This document shows positions 1 through 8,056 of a DNA stretch of 64,000 nt, in pieces. Numbering within the stretch: position 1 is the stretch's first letter; the number at the start of each line of letters is the position of its first letter. The notes under the pieces are model-generated. The model made no database searches, had not been told where the DNA came from, and saw nothing but the letters and a program-made list of their open reading frames with translations. This DNA is from a virus. The stretch covers positions 2,704 to 66,703 of the IMG/VR virus record IMGVR_UViG_3300023171_000013; one strand, written 5' to 3'. The translations under genes and the position numbers were made by a program.

Positions 1-78
1 CCCTCTATGGCTGTCTGTAAAATAGTTGCTAAAATAATAGAGAAGTCGCAAGTGGCGCGATACCACCATAACCCACCA
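1..78 (+). ncRNA. 3' part of a tRNA-like RNA, truncated by the window start
   Basis: T-arm-like GTGG-CGCGATA-CCAC followed by CATAACCC-A-CCA, ending 1 nt before the next tRNA; the 5' half is not visible. Confidence 0.5.
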
Positions 79-79
79 T

Positions 80-170
80 TCTCCCGTAGTGTAAAGTAGC
101 ACGAACAGCTTATACCTGTTGAGTCCTAGATTTGGGCGCAGTCTCGGTGCGAGTCCGAGCGGGAGAACCA
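80..170 (+). tRNA. tRNA-Ile(UAU) with a long variable arm
   Basis: Acceptor TCTCCCG/CGGGAGA, D stem GTGT/GCAC, anticodon arm AACAG-CT-TAT-AC-CTGTT, 22-nt variable region, T arm CTCGG-TGCGAGT-CCGAG, encoded CCA. Confidence 0.85.
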
Positions 171-174
171 CTTT

Positions 175-249
175 GGTCTGTAAGCGTAGAAAGCGACGTG
201 CCTTATTTGTAATTAGGATAGCGGGGCGCAAATCCCCGACAGACCTCCA
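175..249 (+). tRNA. tRNA-Thr(UGU)
   Basis: Acceptor GGTCTGT/ACAGACC, anticodon loop TT-TGT-AA, T arm CGGGG-CGCAAAT-CCCCG, CCA. Confidence 0.85.
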
Positions 250-252
250 CTT

Positions 253-323
253 GCCGACTGATTAAGAATCCGACTTCACTCGTAATGAAGACGAAGCGGG
301 CGCGATACCCGCAGTTGGCTCCA
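253..323 (+). tRNA. tRNA-Thr(CGU) with a minimal D-arm
   Basis: Acceptor GCCGACT/AGTTGGC, D hairpin GATT-AAG-AATC, anticodon arm CTTCA-CT-CGT-AA-TGAAG, T arm GCGGG/CCCGC, CCA. Confidence 0.75.
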
Positions 324-324
324 C

Positions 325-400
325 GTTGGCTATGGTCTAACAGTAAAGACACGAGGTTGTGATCCTCGGAATACGAGTGCGATTCTCGTTAGCCTCCCCA
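325..400 (+). tRNA. tRNA-His(GUG)
   Basis: Anticodon arm CGAGG-TT-GTG-AT-CCTCG, T arm ACGAG/CTCGT, G-1 opposite C73, CCA; the top two acceptor pairs are mismatched. Confidence 0.8.
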
Positions 401-402
401 AT

Positions 403-477
403 GGGTTTATCGTCCAATGTATAGGATACGAAGCTTCTACCTTTGAGATGCTGGTTAGATTCCAGCTAGACCCACCA
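403..477 (+). tRNA. tRNA-Arg(UCU)
   Basis: Acceptor GGGTTTA/TAGACCC, D stem GTCC/GGAT, anticodon loop CT-TCT-AC, T arm GCTGG-TTAGATT-CCAGC, CCA. Confidence 0.88.
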
Positions 478-483
478 CTTTAT

Positions 484-563
484 GCGAATGTATGCCGCCT
501 GTCTTCGAAACAGGAGAAAGCTAACTGGAATACATGTAGGTTCGACTCCTATCATTCGCGCCA
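484..563 (+). tRNA. Non-canonical tRNA-Arg(UCG): no D-arm, D-loop-like element in the variable region
   Basis: Acceptor GCGAATG/CATTCGC, 7-nt linker, anticodon arm CCTGT-CT-TCG-AA-ACAGG, 21-nt variable region containing GCTAACTGGAA, T arm GTAGG-TTCGACT-CCTAT, CCA. Confidence 0.75.
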
Positions 564-567
564 CTTT

Positions 568-644
568 GCAGGTATAATGGCACTGATTCCTAATCAGGAA
601 GCGCATAACGGATAATGAAGGTTCGACTCCTTTTACCTGCACCA
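568..644 (+). tRNA. Non-canonical tRNA-Arg(CCU): no D-arm, D-loop-like element in the variable region
   Basis: Acceptor GCAGGTA/TACCTGC, 7-nt linker, anticodon arm CTGA-TT-CCT-AA-TCAG, 18-nt variable region containing GCATAACGGATA, T arm GAAGG-TTCGACT-CCTTT, CCA. Confidence 0.75.
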
Positions 645-651
645 ATTTTAC

Positions 652-743
652 GGAAGCTGAAGCACCTGCGCTGGGGCGGGGACTCGTCTTGAAAACGAGA
701 TGTCGTTCAATCGGCTGGGGATCGTGCCCTCCGGCTTCCGCCA
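652..743 (+). tRNA. tRNA-Ser(UGA), 8/4 fold
   Basis: 8-bp acceptor GGAAGCTG/CGGCTTCC, anticodon arm CTCGT-CT-TGA-AA-ACGAG, variable arm, 4-bp T stem GGGG/CCTC, G73, CCA. Confidence 0.85.
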
Positions 744-751
744 ACTTTTAT

Positions 752-841
752 GGAAGGTTAACCAGCAAGGTGCTGGCTCTCATTGCTAATGAGAAGGACG
801 CATTAAAATGCGTTGGTAATCGTGCTATCAGCCTTCCGCCA
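752..841 (+). tRNA. tRNA-Ser(GCU), 8/4 fold
   Basis: 8-bp acceptor GGAAGGTT/AGCCTTCC, D stem CCAGC/GCTGG, anticodon arm TCTCA-TT-GCT-AA-TGAGA, V arm ACGCAT/ATGCGT, 4-bp T stem GGTA/TATC, G73, CCA. Confidence 0.88.
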
Positions 842-943
842 TCTTCCCCGTCGCGCCTCTAGCCGCAAGACAATGCGCAACAGACCATCACGAATCAACG
901 TGTGAACCTATCGGACGCGATAGACTAGGGGTGTTCCTTTTAC

Positions 944-959
944 GCTTACTTCCTTGCTT
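944..959 (+). promoter_or_regulatory. Recurrent promoter box GCTTACTT-CC-TTGCTT
   Basis: Intergenic, upstream of the HNH gene; the identical 14-mer GCTTACTTCCTTGC recurs at 56690, 62262 and, on the minus strand, 20253-20266. Confidence 0.6.
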
Positions 960-988
960 CCACCCATAGCTAATTCACCCATTGGCGA

Positions 989-1597
989 ATGAACAGCTTA
1001 CTAGAACAACCAGTGACTTTGCGCCTCAACTCAGCGTGGCAGGTGATCGGCTTTTCCAATCCGCGCACGGCAATCATTGCCATGACAGGTGGAGAGAAAG
1101 GCCAACGCCCCGCGCTCGCTATGGACATCATCTTCGATGAGAATGGCGAGTTTGCTTCCGCCATCCCTACAGACTGGGAGCATTGGATAAAACTGCCTAT
1201 TCGCGCAACGGATGCTGCCATCATGAGCAATCGCGGCCCTATCCGCCTGCCTACCGTGATTGTAAACCCTCGCTACTCTAGGATGCCAATGAAGCTGCCG
1301 CGCTTGACCAAGCAAGCCATCTTCGCCCGCGAGAAGGGGGTTTGTGGCTACTCAGGCAAGAAGCTGTCTAAAAACGAAGCTACAGTAGATCATATCTTGC
1401 CGCGTTCCCGTGGGGGTAAAGACTCATGGGAGAACCTTGTTCTCTGCGATAAGAGGATCAACTTCGATAAGGGTAGCCGGTTAAACGAAGAGATTGGGCT
1501 AAAGCTATCCAAGAAACCAAAAGCTCCTATGCCTATCCCTGCTTCTTCCACCATCACGCAGATCAACCACCCGCATTGGGCCTACTTCCTCAAGTGA
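989..1597 (+). CDS. HNH endonuclease (McrA-like)
   Basis: LRLNSAWQ N-terminus; IFAREKGVCGYSG...ATVDHILPRSRGGKDSWENLVLCDKRINFDKG motif. Confidence 0.9.
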   Translation: MNSLLEQPVTLRLNSAWQVIGFSNPRTAIIAMTGGEKGQRPALAMDIIFDENGEFASAIPTDWEHWIKLPIRATDAAIMSNRGPIRLPTVIVNPRYSRMPMKLPRLTKQAIFAREKGVCGYSGKKLSKNEATVDHILPRSRGGKDSWENLVLCDKRINFDKGSRLNEEIGLKLSKKPKAPMPIPASSTITQINHPHWAYFLK

Positions 1598-2214
1598 CTC
1601 CCATAAATTTCAAAAAGGTCAAGCCGTGGACAAAGAAGAAAACCAAGGAATATACCGAGGCTGATATTACGCCCATTCCTCGCAGCGATATAATCACCAT
1701 AGACCTTCCTGCTTCCGCCATTGTATTCACCGAAGATGACGGAACCCCTATGCGCGAAACCGTAGCGGTTAAACAAAGCAATATAAAGTATATCGAGTGG
1801 GACTTTAGTTTTGGCGACTTCGCAGCAGTAGACAATTTCCATATCCACAAACTACCAATAGCGGGAGCTAGAGAACTTCTACCAATTAGCATACTGAAAC
1901 CTACCTCCTACACGCTTCCATATCCAAAAACAGAATCAGGCAAACAATATTACTGCATCATGGTAAAAGCCGAGAGCGATAAGCCATCGAAATCAATTCA
2001 GGAAATCATGATTTGCGCTATTGGAAATTATAAAGTCACAGATACACCTACTCAAGCTATCCGAACTGGAAACAACGAAGCTGTATTAGATAAAGGATCA
2101 ATAATATCAGCCGCCATCGGCCACAGCTCTTTAGTATGGGAAGATCATGCACATAAAAAGATTCACTACCTAGTCCAGATTGTCCTAGAACCCAGCAAGC
2201 TCACCTATCTATGA
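1576..2214 (+). CDS. Hypothetical protein
   Basis: 212-aa ORF coupled to its neighbours; the start may be the GTG at 1594. Confidence 0.65.
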   Translation: MGLLPQVTPINFKKVKPWTKKKTKEYTEADITPIPRSDIITIDLPASAIVFTEDDGTPMRETVAVKQSNIKYIEWDFSFGDFAAVDNFHIHKLPIAGARELLPISILKPTSYTLPYPKTESGKQYYCIMVKAESDKPSKSIQEIMICAIGNYKVTDTPTQAIRTGNNEAVLDKGSIISAAIGHSSLVWEDHAHKKIHYLVQIVLEPSKLTYL

Positions 2215-2882
2215 ACGAACCCACCTCGCACATTATTATTGGCGACATCCACGGTTGCTTCCGCTCCTTGCAAGCCCTACTCGCCAAGCTACCCCATGCT
2301 AACGTCAAGTTGGTAGGCGATCTATGCGACCGAGGGCCGCGCTCCGCTCAAGTCTATCAGTGGGCCATCACCAACAATATCGCCTGCGTAATGGGGAACC
2401 ATGAGCACATGCTACTTCTTGCTCACATAGCCCACCTCGACAGCGAGCAATCACCCGAGGACGAACAGAAGAAGCAAGCTGCCAAGGAATACCTTAACCT
2501 CTGGCTTCGTAATGGAGGAACCGAATGCCTCAAGTCCTACGATCCCACTCAGAGTAAGGAATGGCACAGTGCCATCCCCAAGGCGCACATGCAGTGGATC
2601 GGATCACTTCCCACTTACTTGCTTTACCCCTTCGATAACCTGCTCATATCTCATACCGGACACGCTTATGGTGCGGACTGCATGGAGACTGCTCTATGGG
2701 CACACGGCTATCAGTTCCCCAAAGACAAATACTTCCGAATCCTAGGCCACTCAATAACCAAAGAACCTTTCATAACCAACACTTTCGCCAACATCGACAC
2801 CGGCTCTTTCTTAAAGACCGGCAAGATCACCGCCATAGAGTATCCTTCTATGAGAACGTGGAACCAAGCCAACATCGACTGA
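2211..2882 (+). CDS. Calcineurin-like metallophosphoesterase (lambda NinI-like Ser/Thr phosphatase family)
   Basis: GDIHG, GDLCDRG, GNHE, GHS and IDTG motifs. Confidence 0.92.
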   Translation: MNEPTSHIIIGDIHGCFRSLQALLAKLPHANVKLVGDLCDRGPRSAQVYQWAITNNIACVMGNHEHMLLLAHIAHLDSEQSPEDEQKKQAAKEYLNLWLRNGGTECLKSYDPTQSKEWHSAIPKAHMQWIGSLPTYLLYPFDNLLISHTGHAYGADCMETALWAHGYQFPKDKYFRILGHSITKEPFITNTFANIDTGSFLKTGKITAIEYPSMRTWNQANID

Positions 2883-3199
2883 TGAACACGAAACCTAATC
2901 TGCCTGAACTACTCGCAGACTACGAAAAAGCCAAAGCCCTAGCCATATCCCGTTTAACCAGCCTAGAGGAACTAACCAATCTCGACTTCCGCTCAGGCGA
3001 ACTCAAATCAGTGACCCCACTCAAGCCAATGAAGCTACGTTTTATTAGGGAAATGATAGACTCGGAATATCGCAATAAGCCTGCACCCGAGTATATTGAC
3101 CTACTAGTGGACGCATGGAATACCCTCCACCACCTATTTCAAGTCCACTCGGCTTACTTCTCGGCATACAAAGCAGAACAAAGAAATAACCAGCCATGA
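2882..3199 (+). CDS. Hypothetical protein
   Basis: ATG overlaps the upstream stop (TGATG); 3' part of ORF 2696-3199. Confidence 0.6.
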   Translation: MNTKPNLPELLADYEKAKALAISRLTSLEELTNLDFRSGELKSVTPLKPMKLRFIREMIDSEYRNKPAPEYIDLLVDAWNTLHHLFQVHSAYFSAYKAEQRNNQP

Positions 3200-3408
3200 A
3201 CCGATCCGAAGAGGATGCTCACGCGAGAGATGCTCAAAACGCAGTCGATGGTTTAATTGATATTATCAAAGACCTCAAAGCCGAACTAAGGGAATCGGCC
3301 GCACAACTTACAATGAGAAATGACCTTATTACGGAACTAAATGAGCGAATCCACGAGCTTGAAACTCAAGCAGCAGAAACAATCACTGCCACTATTACAA
3401 ATGAATGA
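3196..3408 (+). CDS. Hypothetical coiled-coil protein
   Basis: ATGA overlap with upstream gene; heptad pattern. Confidence 0.6.
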   Translation: MNRSEEDAHARDAQNAVDGLIDIIKDLKAELRESAAQLTMRNDLITELNERIHELETQAAETITATITNE

Positions 3409-3565
3409 AATGCCTTCCCCTATCCTTTGGTCTGTAAACAAACTAACCATAACAAAGCTATGCGATTCATCCTATCGTTTAACCGATGAAGAAGTGATCG
3501 TGGCAGACTTCATCTCATTTGAACTAGCCGTCTCTTACGCCTACGACGAATTTATCTTATAAAAC

Positions 3566-3958
3566 ATGAGCACTCCAAACGAACTCCGACAGACTAAAGC
3601 AGACAGCGCATTAGAAGACCGCGAACGCCGATCATACCAACGCGAATACCTATTCGCTGAATCACAAGACGCCTATGTATCGGCGAAAAAATCAAGAAAC
3701 ATAAATAACACCAAAATGACCACGCCCACACCTGCCGCCCTTCGCGCTGCTGAAAAACTGTTTGAGAAAACATTCGTAGGATCAACCACGTCACTTGCCC
3801 TTGCTATCGACGAGGCTACCGGACTGCCGGAGCTGATCGCTGTTCTTAAAACTCTAAGCGATGAAGTTTGGGAGCACAATGGCCAACAAACCGATCTATG
3901 CGGCGCAATTCTTAGCGTTGCCGATGCCCGAGCTATCCTCGCTAAACACTCCGATTAA
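3566..3958 (+). CDS. Hypothetical protein
   Basis: 130-aa ORF within a tightly packed run; C-terminal ARAILAK pattern common in small phage proteins. Confidence 0.55.
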   Translation: MSTPNELRQTKADSALEDRERRSYQREYLFAESQDAYVSAKKSRNINNTKMTTPTPAALRAAEKLFEKTFVGSTTSLALAIDEATGLPELIAVLKTLSDEVWEHNGQQTDLCGAILSVADARAILAKHSD

Positions 3959-3959
3959 C

Positions 3960-5024
3960 ATGAACACCACACCCACCGTTACCGACGCGCACCGCGCTTT
4001 GGCTTCCCGTATCGCAGGAATGTTTTGCGAAGGGGGAGACACTGATGATGCTGTCGCAAAGAAACTCGCCGAGCACGACGCCGCACTGACCGCGCGAGCC
4101 GAAGCCGCAGAGGCGTTGGTGAAGGAGAAGGATAGGGGGCTTGAGTTAGCCGCCAATGAGTTCGATCTCATGGTCGAAGGACTGTTACTAACCAAGATTT
4201 TTGAAGGCGATGAAAGTCTTCCGCATGGAGGAGACATATCAAAGCATTATCTGACTAAAATCAGGGACTCAATTCGTGCAGCACTTGCCCTCACGCCCAC
4301 CAACACGGCCTCCGTGATCGCGGAGTTGCGGGATGAGCTGGCTAAGGTTAAGGCTGAATACGCAGAGGCAAAACACCTTTACATGGAGGCCGATAAACGC
4401 GCTGAGGAGGCCGCAATCGAAGCATGCGACATAGAGGAAAAGCTCCGCCAAGAACTCGGTCAAGCGGTAGAGGAAAAGGTGAACGTGGTAATGAAGAAGG
4501 ACGCCGAGATTGCGCGGCTGACGGAACAGGTTAAATGTCATGTAGCCCGAGGAATCACAATTCAGCACATCCTAAATAATCAGGAGATCGTCACCAGCAC
4601 ACCCGAAGAAGGCGTTCGTGAGTTAGCGCGCCGTCACCAGCATGGAGTCGGTGTCGTTGAACGCTTCGATGCTCTTCGCAAGAATGCCGAACGCCAGCGT
4701 GACGCCCTGATTCGCGAAGGCACTGAACTTTTGAAATGTGCTAACGCCGCAAAATATGTGGCCAGCAAGATGCCCGACCAAGAATCTACCGATGTTATCG
4801 AACTGCGAATTGAAAATTGGTTAGCCGCAGTCTCCGGCGCGTCCTCGTCGGCTGAAACCCTGCACAAAGATACGCTCCGTTTGGATTTCGTGCGCAGGAA
4901 ATACGCGAACGCTATTCACTATTGCTGCCGTATCGACGGCGATGACTGGAATAACGACTTTTACGGAACGCTTGACCAAGCCATTGAGAGAGACGCAGCC
5001 CGCCAGCCAAAGGAGCAGCCGTGA
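3960..5024 (+). CDS. Coiled-coil phage hypothetical protein
   Basis: Long ORF (3861-5024), probable ATG at 3960; ARAEAAEA coiled coils and a DTLRLDFV motif. Confidence 0.7.
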   Translation: MNTTPTVTDAHRALASRIAGMFCEGGDTDDAVAKKLAEHDAALTARAEAAEALVKEKDRGLELAANEFDLMVEGLLLTKIFEGDESLPHGGDISKHYLTKIRDSIRAALALTPTNTASVIAELRDELAKVKAEYAEAKHLYMEADKRAEEAAIEACDIEEKLRQELGQAVEEKVNVVMKKDAEIARLTEQVKCHVARGITIQHILNNQEIVTSTPEEGVRELARRHQHGVGVVERFDALRKNAERQRDALIREGTELLKCANAAKYVASKMPDQESTDVIELRIENWLAAVSGASSSAETLHKDTLRLDFVRRKYANAIHYCCRIDGDDWNNDFYGTLDQAIERDAARQPKEQP

Positions 5025-5043
5025 GCAGCGGCACAACTAAGCC

Positions 5044-5265
5044 ATGACCCAGCAATTCAACCACCCGGTGTGCCTCCACGTTATCCCAACAGGAAAAGAC
5101 CAGATCATCCACCTAGCCCATAGCTCCTGTCACTGTGAACCTAAACAGGACGGAGATAACCGACTCTTCGCCCACCAAACCCAAGACCGTTTAACCGAAG
5201 TCATAGAACAAGCAGGGATACGTGATCCTGATGTTCACTGGATAACCGTAGCAGAACCCCTATAA
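5044..5265 (+). CDS. Small His/Cys-rich hypothetical protein
   Basis: HVIP...H...CHCEP...FAH pattern. Confidence 0.6.
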   Translation: MTQQFNHPVCLHVIPTGKDQIIHLAHSSCHCEPKQDGDNRLFAHQTQDRLTEVIEQAGIRDPDVHWITVAEPL

Positions 5266-5269
5266 CATA

Positions 5270-5298
5270 AGCCTCCCTTTCGGGAGGCTATTTTTTTT
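5270..5298 (+). terminator. Intrinsic terminator
   Basis: AGCCTCCC-TTTC-GGGAGGCT followed by A and T8, at the junction of convergent genes. Confidence 0.85.
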
Positions 5299-5299
5299 C

Positions 5300-5587
5300 C
5301 TACTCACGGCACCCGGCATTCACATACACTGGCTCATACACCTGCACCAATGGTTTTGGAACAGGCTCATCCCTGTATCGGAAGTAGAACCCATAAGCCC
5401 TCACGTTGTTCCGGCACGCAGTAGCCACGTTTCCTGCCCGTTCTAGGCCACCATTGGCCCTAGCCCATGCCTTCGTGCTCTCCCACTCCTCCCCAGCCCC
5501 ATACATATCCCTAGAAACCACTATGGCTTTCTTCTTCCGATCCCACTCGCGGCTCACCGCATCCTGATTCTTGAATGACCTAGGCAT
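5300..5587 (-). CDS. NUMOD1-like small DNA-binding protein
   Basis: WESTKAWAR...GNVATACRNNVRAYGFYFRY matches the NUMOD1/IENR1 pattern; probable ATG at 5587. Confidence 0.6.
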   Translation of the reverse strand: MPRSFKNQDAVSREWDRKKKAIVVSRDMYGAGEEWESTKAWARANGGLERAGNVATACRNNVRAYGFYFRYRDEPVPKPLVQVYEPVYVNAGCRE

Positions 5588-5833
5588 TGGTATCCTCCTT
5601 CCCTTGCAGAACACCGCGCTTATCCAGACTACCGAGATGAACAGACCACTTGCAGTTGTATGCTCCATACTGTTTTCCGACCCAAAGGCCGCGAGGCAGT
5701 AGAAATCTCACCGCGAGTTTAGCCAGCTTGATACGAACGAGTCTGATTAGTTTCATTTCACCTATACCTCAACTCCATTACTCCGACCGATCAAGCAAGT
5801 AAGGCGACTCCCTTCAGTCGCGTTCCATGAAAT

Positions 5834-5847
5834 GACTTACGTAAGTC
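5834..5847. promoter_or_regulatory. 14-bp perfect palindrome GACTTACGTAAGTC (operator-like)
   Basis: Intergenic perfect palindrome; a second TTACGTAA lies at 5920-5927. Confidence 0.45.
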
Positions 5848-5935
5848 CGAAAAATTTCCAGCCGGTGAGCAATGTTCATTTTTACCTAGCATAGCCTATA
5901 TCGCATATAATTTACTTAATTACGTAAGTGTATGT

Positions 5936-6895
5936 TTAACCGGCATCGGGCAATCGCCATCCACGATAAGACATAACGTTGTGCCCACCAGAACGCTTTC
6001 TTCCTATCATCTTATAGAACATACTCTTATCTCCACCAATCCACCACATTGCCTCATACCGAGACTCAAACTTAACTGTATCTCCATCGGGCGATATAAG
6101 AGTAATAGGAATTTTAGGATTAGGCGTGCCCTTAATCTTCGGAGCCTTTTGCGGTAACGGTGCCTTATTGCACAAACAGTTCTCCTCGGTCTGTGACCAT
6201 CCCTTGCTCTGATGCTTCGCATCCCGCTCCATCCTCGCCAGATCAGCCGGACATCCCATAACGGATCGAAAAATTTTCCTAGACACATACGAGTATCGCT
6301 TACCCTCCGGTGAATAAACCACATGCCTAGGCGTAGATTCCAAAGCCCATCCTCCCGCATGAAGGTCTCGCCCACTGATAACCGCATAAACCTCCTTTAC
6401 CCACAGCCCTTTCTCCTTGGCGAAATTTACGCGGCTCACTACCTCCACAACTTCCAATCCATCAGGAGATACTAAGCGAGCATGTTTAACCCTTGCCGCC
6501 CACCACGACTTAAAAGCCTCCTTATGTTCCGCGTTAGGCCCACCAAACCCTGTCGTGAACACATTGTAGCCCACAGATGGATTACAACTGTCTAGCTCCT
6601 GAATCCAGAACGTCTCCCTATCCCTGACGCTACTCTTAACACATGTCTCCACAATGGCCCACTCCCAGTAGCCAATTTCAAAAACCTTAGCGTCCGACGC
6701 TATCCCCACCGACTTATGGTATCCACCTTTTATACCGTGAAAATGAAACCTAAGCCTACGCTTCAAATCAGTTGTCCCACCAACATACAACTTACCATTT
6801 GCCGAATTACGTAAGCAGTAAACAGCACAAATCCCCTTGGCGGGAAACGACTTACTATTAAAACCAGTAAATAAAAATTTCATATACCCCACCAC
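5936..6895 (-). CDS. GIY-YIG homing endonuclease
   Basis: AVYCLRNSANGKLYVGGTTDLKRRLRFH...RETFWIQ...YN catalytic module plus repeated SPDG/SPEG...GW DNA-binding modules. Confidence 0.88.
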   Translation of the reverse strand: MVGYMKFLFTGFNSKSFPAKGICAVYCLRNSANGKLYVGGTTDLKRRLRFHFHGIKGGYHKSVGIASDAKVFEIGYWEWAIVETCVKSSVRDRETFWIQELDSCNPSVGYNVFTTGFGGPNAEHKEAFKSWWAARVKHARLVSPDGLEVVEVVSRVNFAKEKGLWVKEVYAVISGRDLHAGGWALESTPRHVVYSPEGKRYSYVSRKIFRSVMGCPADLARMERDAKHQSKGWSQTEENCLCNKAPLPQKAPKIKGTPNPKIPITLISPDGDTVKFESRYEAMWWIGGDKSMFYKMIGRKRSGGHNVMSYRGWRLPDAG

Positions 6896-7852
6896 TCAAA
6901 GGCATAGGGGGTCTAAATCAAGATAATTATTTATAGGTAGTGGGCATGTTTGTGAGAGAGGGGATTGGGCAAGGGGGCGTTGTGATAAGACGGGGGGCAA
7001 CTAGCGGCGGTGGTTGATGGGGTGGTGGGGTCTGCATGCCTGATGCTTGCGCCTTCCCTGCGTGCTACACGAGCCTTCGCCCATCCCCATCGGTCGGAGT
7101 AGACCTAATCCCTATTGTGCGATGCACTTACACTAGGCAACGCGAGCGGAGCGCATGTGCATCTATGGGAGGAGAACCGAGTCTTTTTTACAAAGATTAG
7201 GCTAGGCTAACATTGTTAGGAATGGCTAATGGTAGATAGACAGGTCTGTATAGTATCAAAGACCCCTTGCCATAGTTCGTTTCCCGTTACGCCCTATTTC
7301 GTTTAACCGCTCCGCTTGCCTTGCTTTGGATTGCATTGGACTAGCTCGCTCCGCTCGCCGCTTAGTTTGTTTTCTCCTCTATGGTTAGAGGCTATCGGCT
7401 ACCTGATGACTTCGCTTATCTGTCTGTGCTGTCTTCTGTCTCTCGTATTCGTTCTACTGTTCTTTGAGTCCTTGGATAGCCGCGGACCGGTCACGACTTA
7501 ACCCGATCAATCCCCATCAATCCTCCCTCTCTTTGCTCCTTCCAGATCATTTCAAGGCCTATTCCTTCCCATTCTCCCGCATAATCCCCCGTCTCAGCAG
7601 GATACAGCACGCTACAGACGCCTTCCGGCTCCCTATTTCCGGTCATTTCAGGCTTTAGCGCGCCGATAATCAATCCCAAGCCGCCCATCCCTTTCCTTGT
7701 TTTCGCCTTACTTTGTGGTAAAATACTTTATAGTTTAACGCGTTAATATCTCACAATTTAAATACGCATCTAAAAATAATTGGAGTATGAGCTTGACCAT
7801 AATATTCCAATATTACACCTAAGAACTCCGCTAGCTCCCTACTCTCTCACCT

Positions 7853-8032
7853 ATGAACACCACCGAAAACCACACCGTGAAAACTATTCCCGCTTATCTT
7901 AAATATGAATCAGACTGCGCCACTGCCGAGCGTGAAATCGCCTCCCGTGAAGTCATCGAGGATGAATTTACCCCACTCACGGAAGACGCCGAGAAGACCA
8001 TTGTTTTAATCGTCGCTTCCCTTTCCCGCTAA
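7853..8032 (+). CDS. Small hypothetical protein (59 aa, MNTTENHTVK...)
   Basis: ATG-TAA ORF below the track cut-off; first gene after a TTGACC -35-like element at 7793. Confidence 0.55.
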   Translation: MNTTENHTVKTIPAYLKYESDCATAEREIASREVIEDEFTPLTEDAEKTIVLIVASLSR

Positions 8033-8056
8033 CAACAACCACAAATCAGCCACCAC

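Noticed and set aside
1-78. tmRNA call
   Set aside because: No G3-U70 Ala identity and no tag frame can be verified in the visible part.
583-597. Amber suppressor (CUA) reading of the tRNA at 568-644, or stop-codon recoding
   Set aside because: The 7-nt loop TTCCTAA centres on CCT. Long genes are intact under the standard bacterial code and some end in TAG.
466-744. 92-aa minus-strand ORF
   Set aside because: It is the antisense shadow of tRNA genes.
7316-7688. Short ORFs in the non-coding region
   Set aside because: Low-complexity, pyrimidine-driven translations with weak starts and no recognisable motifs.
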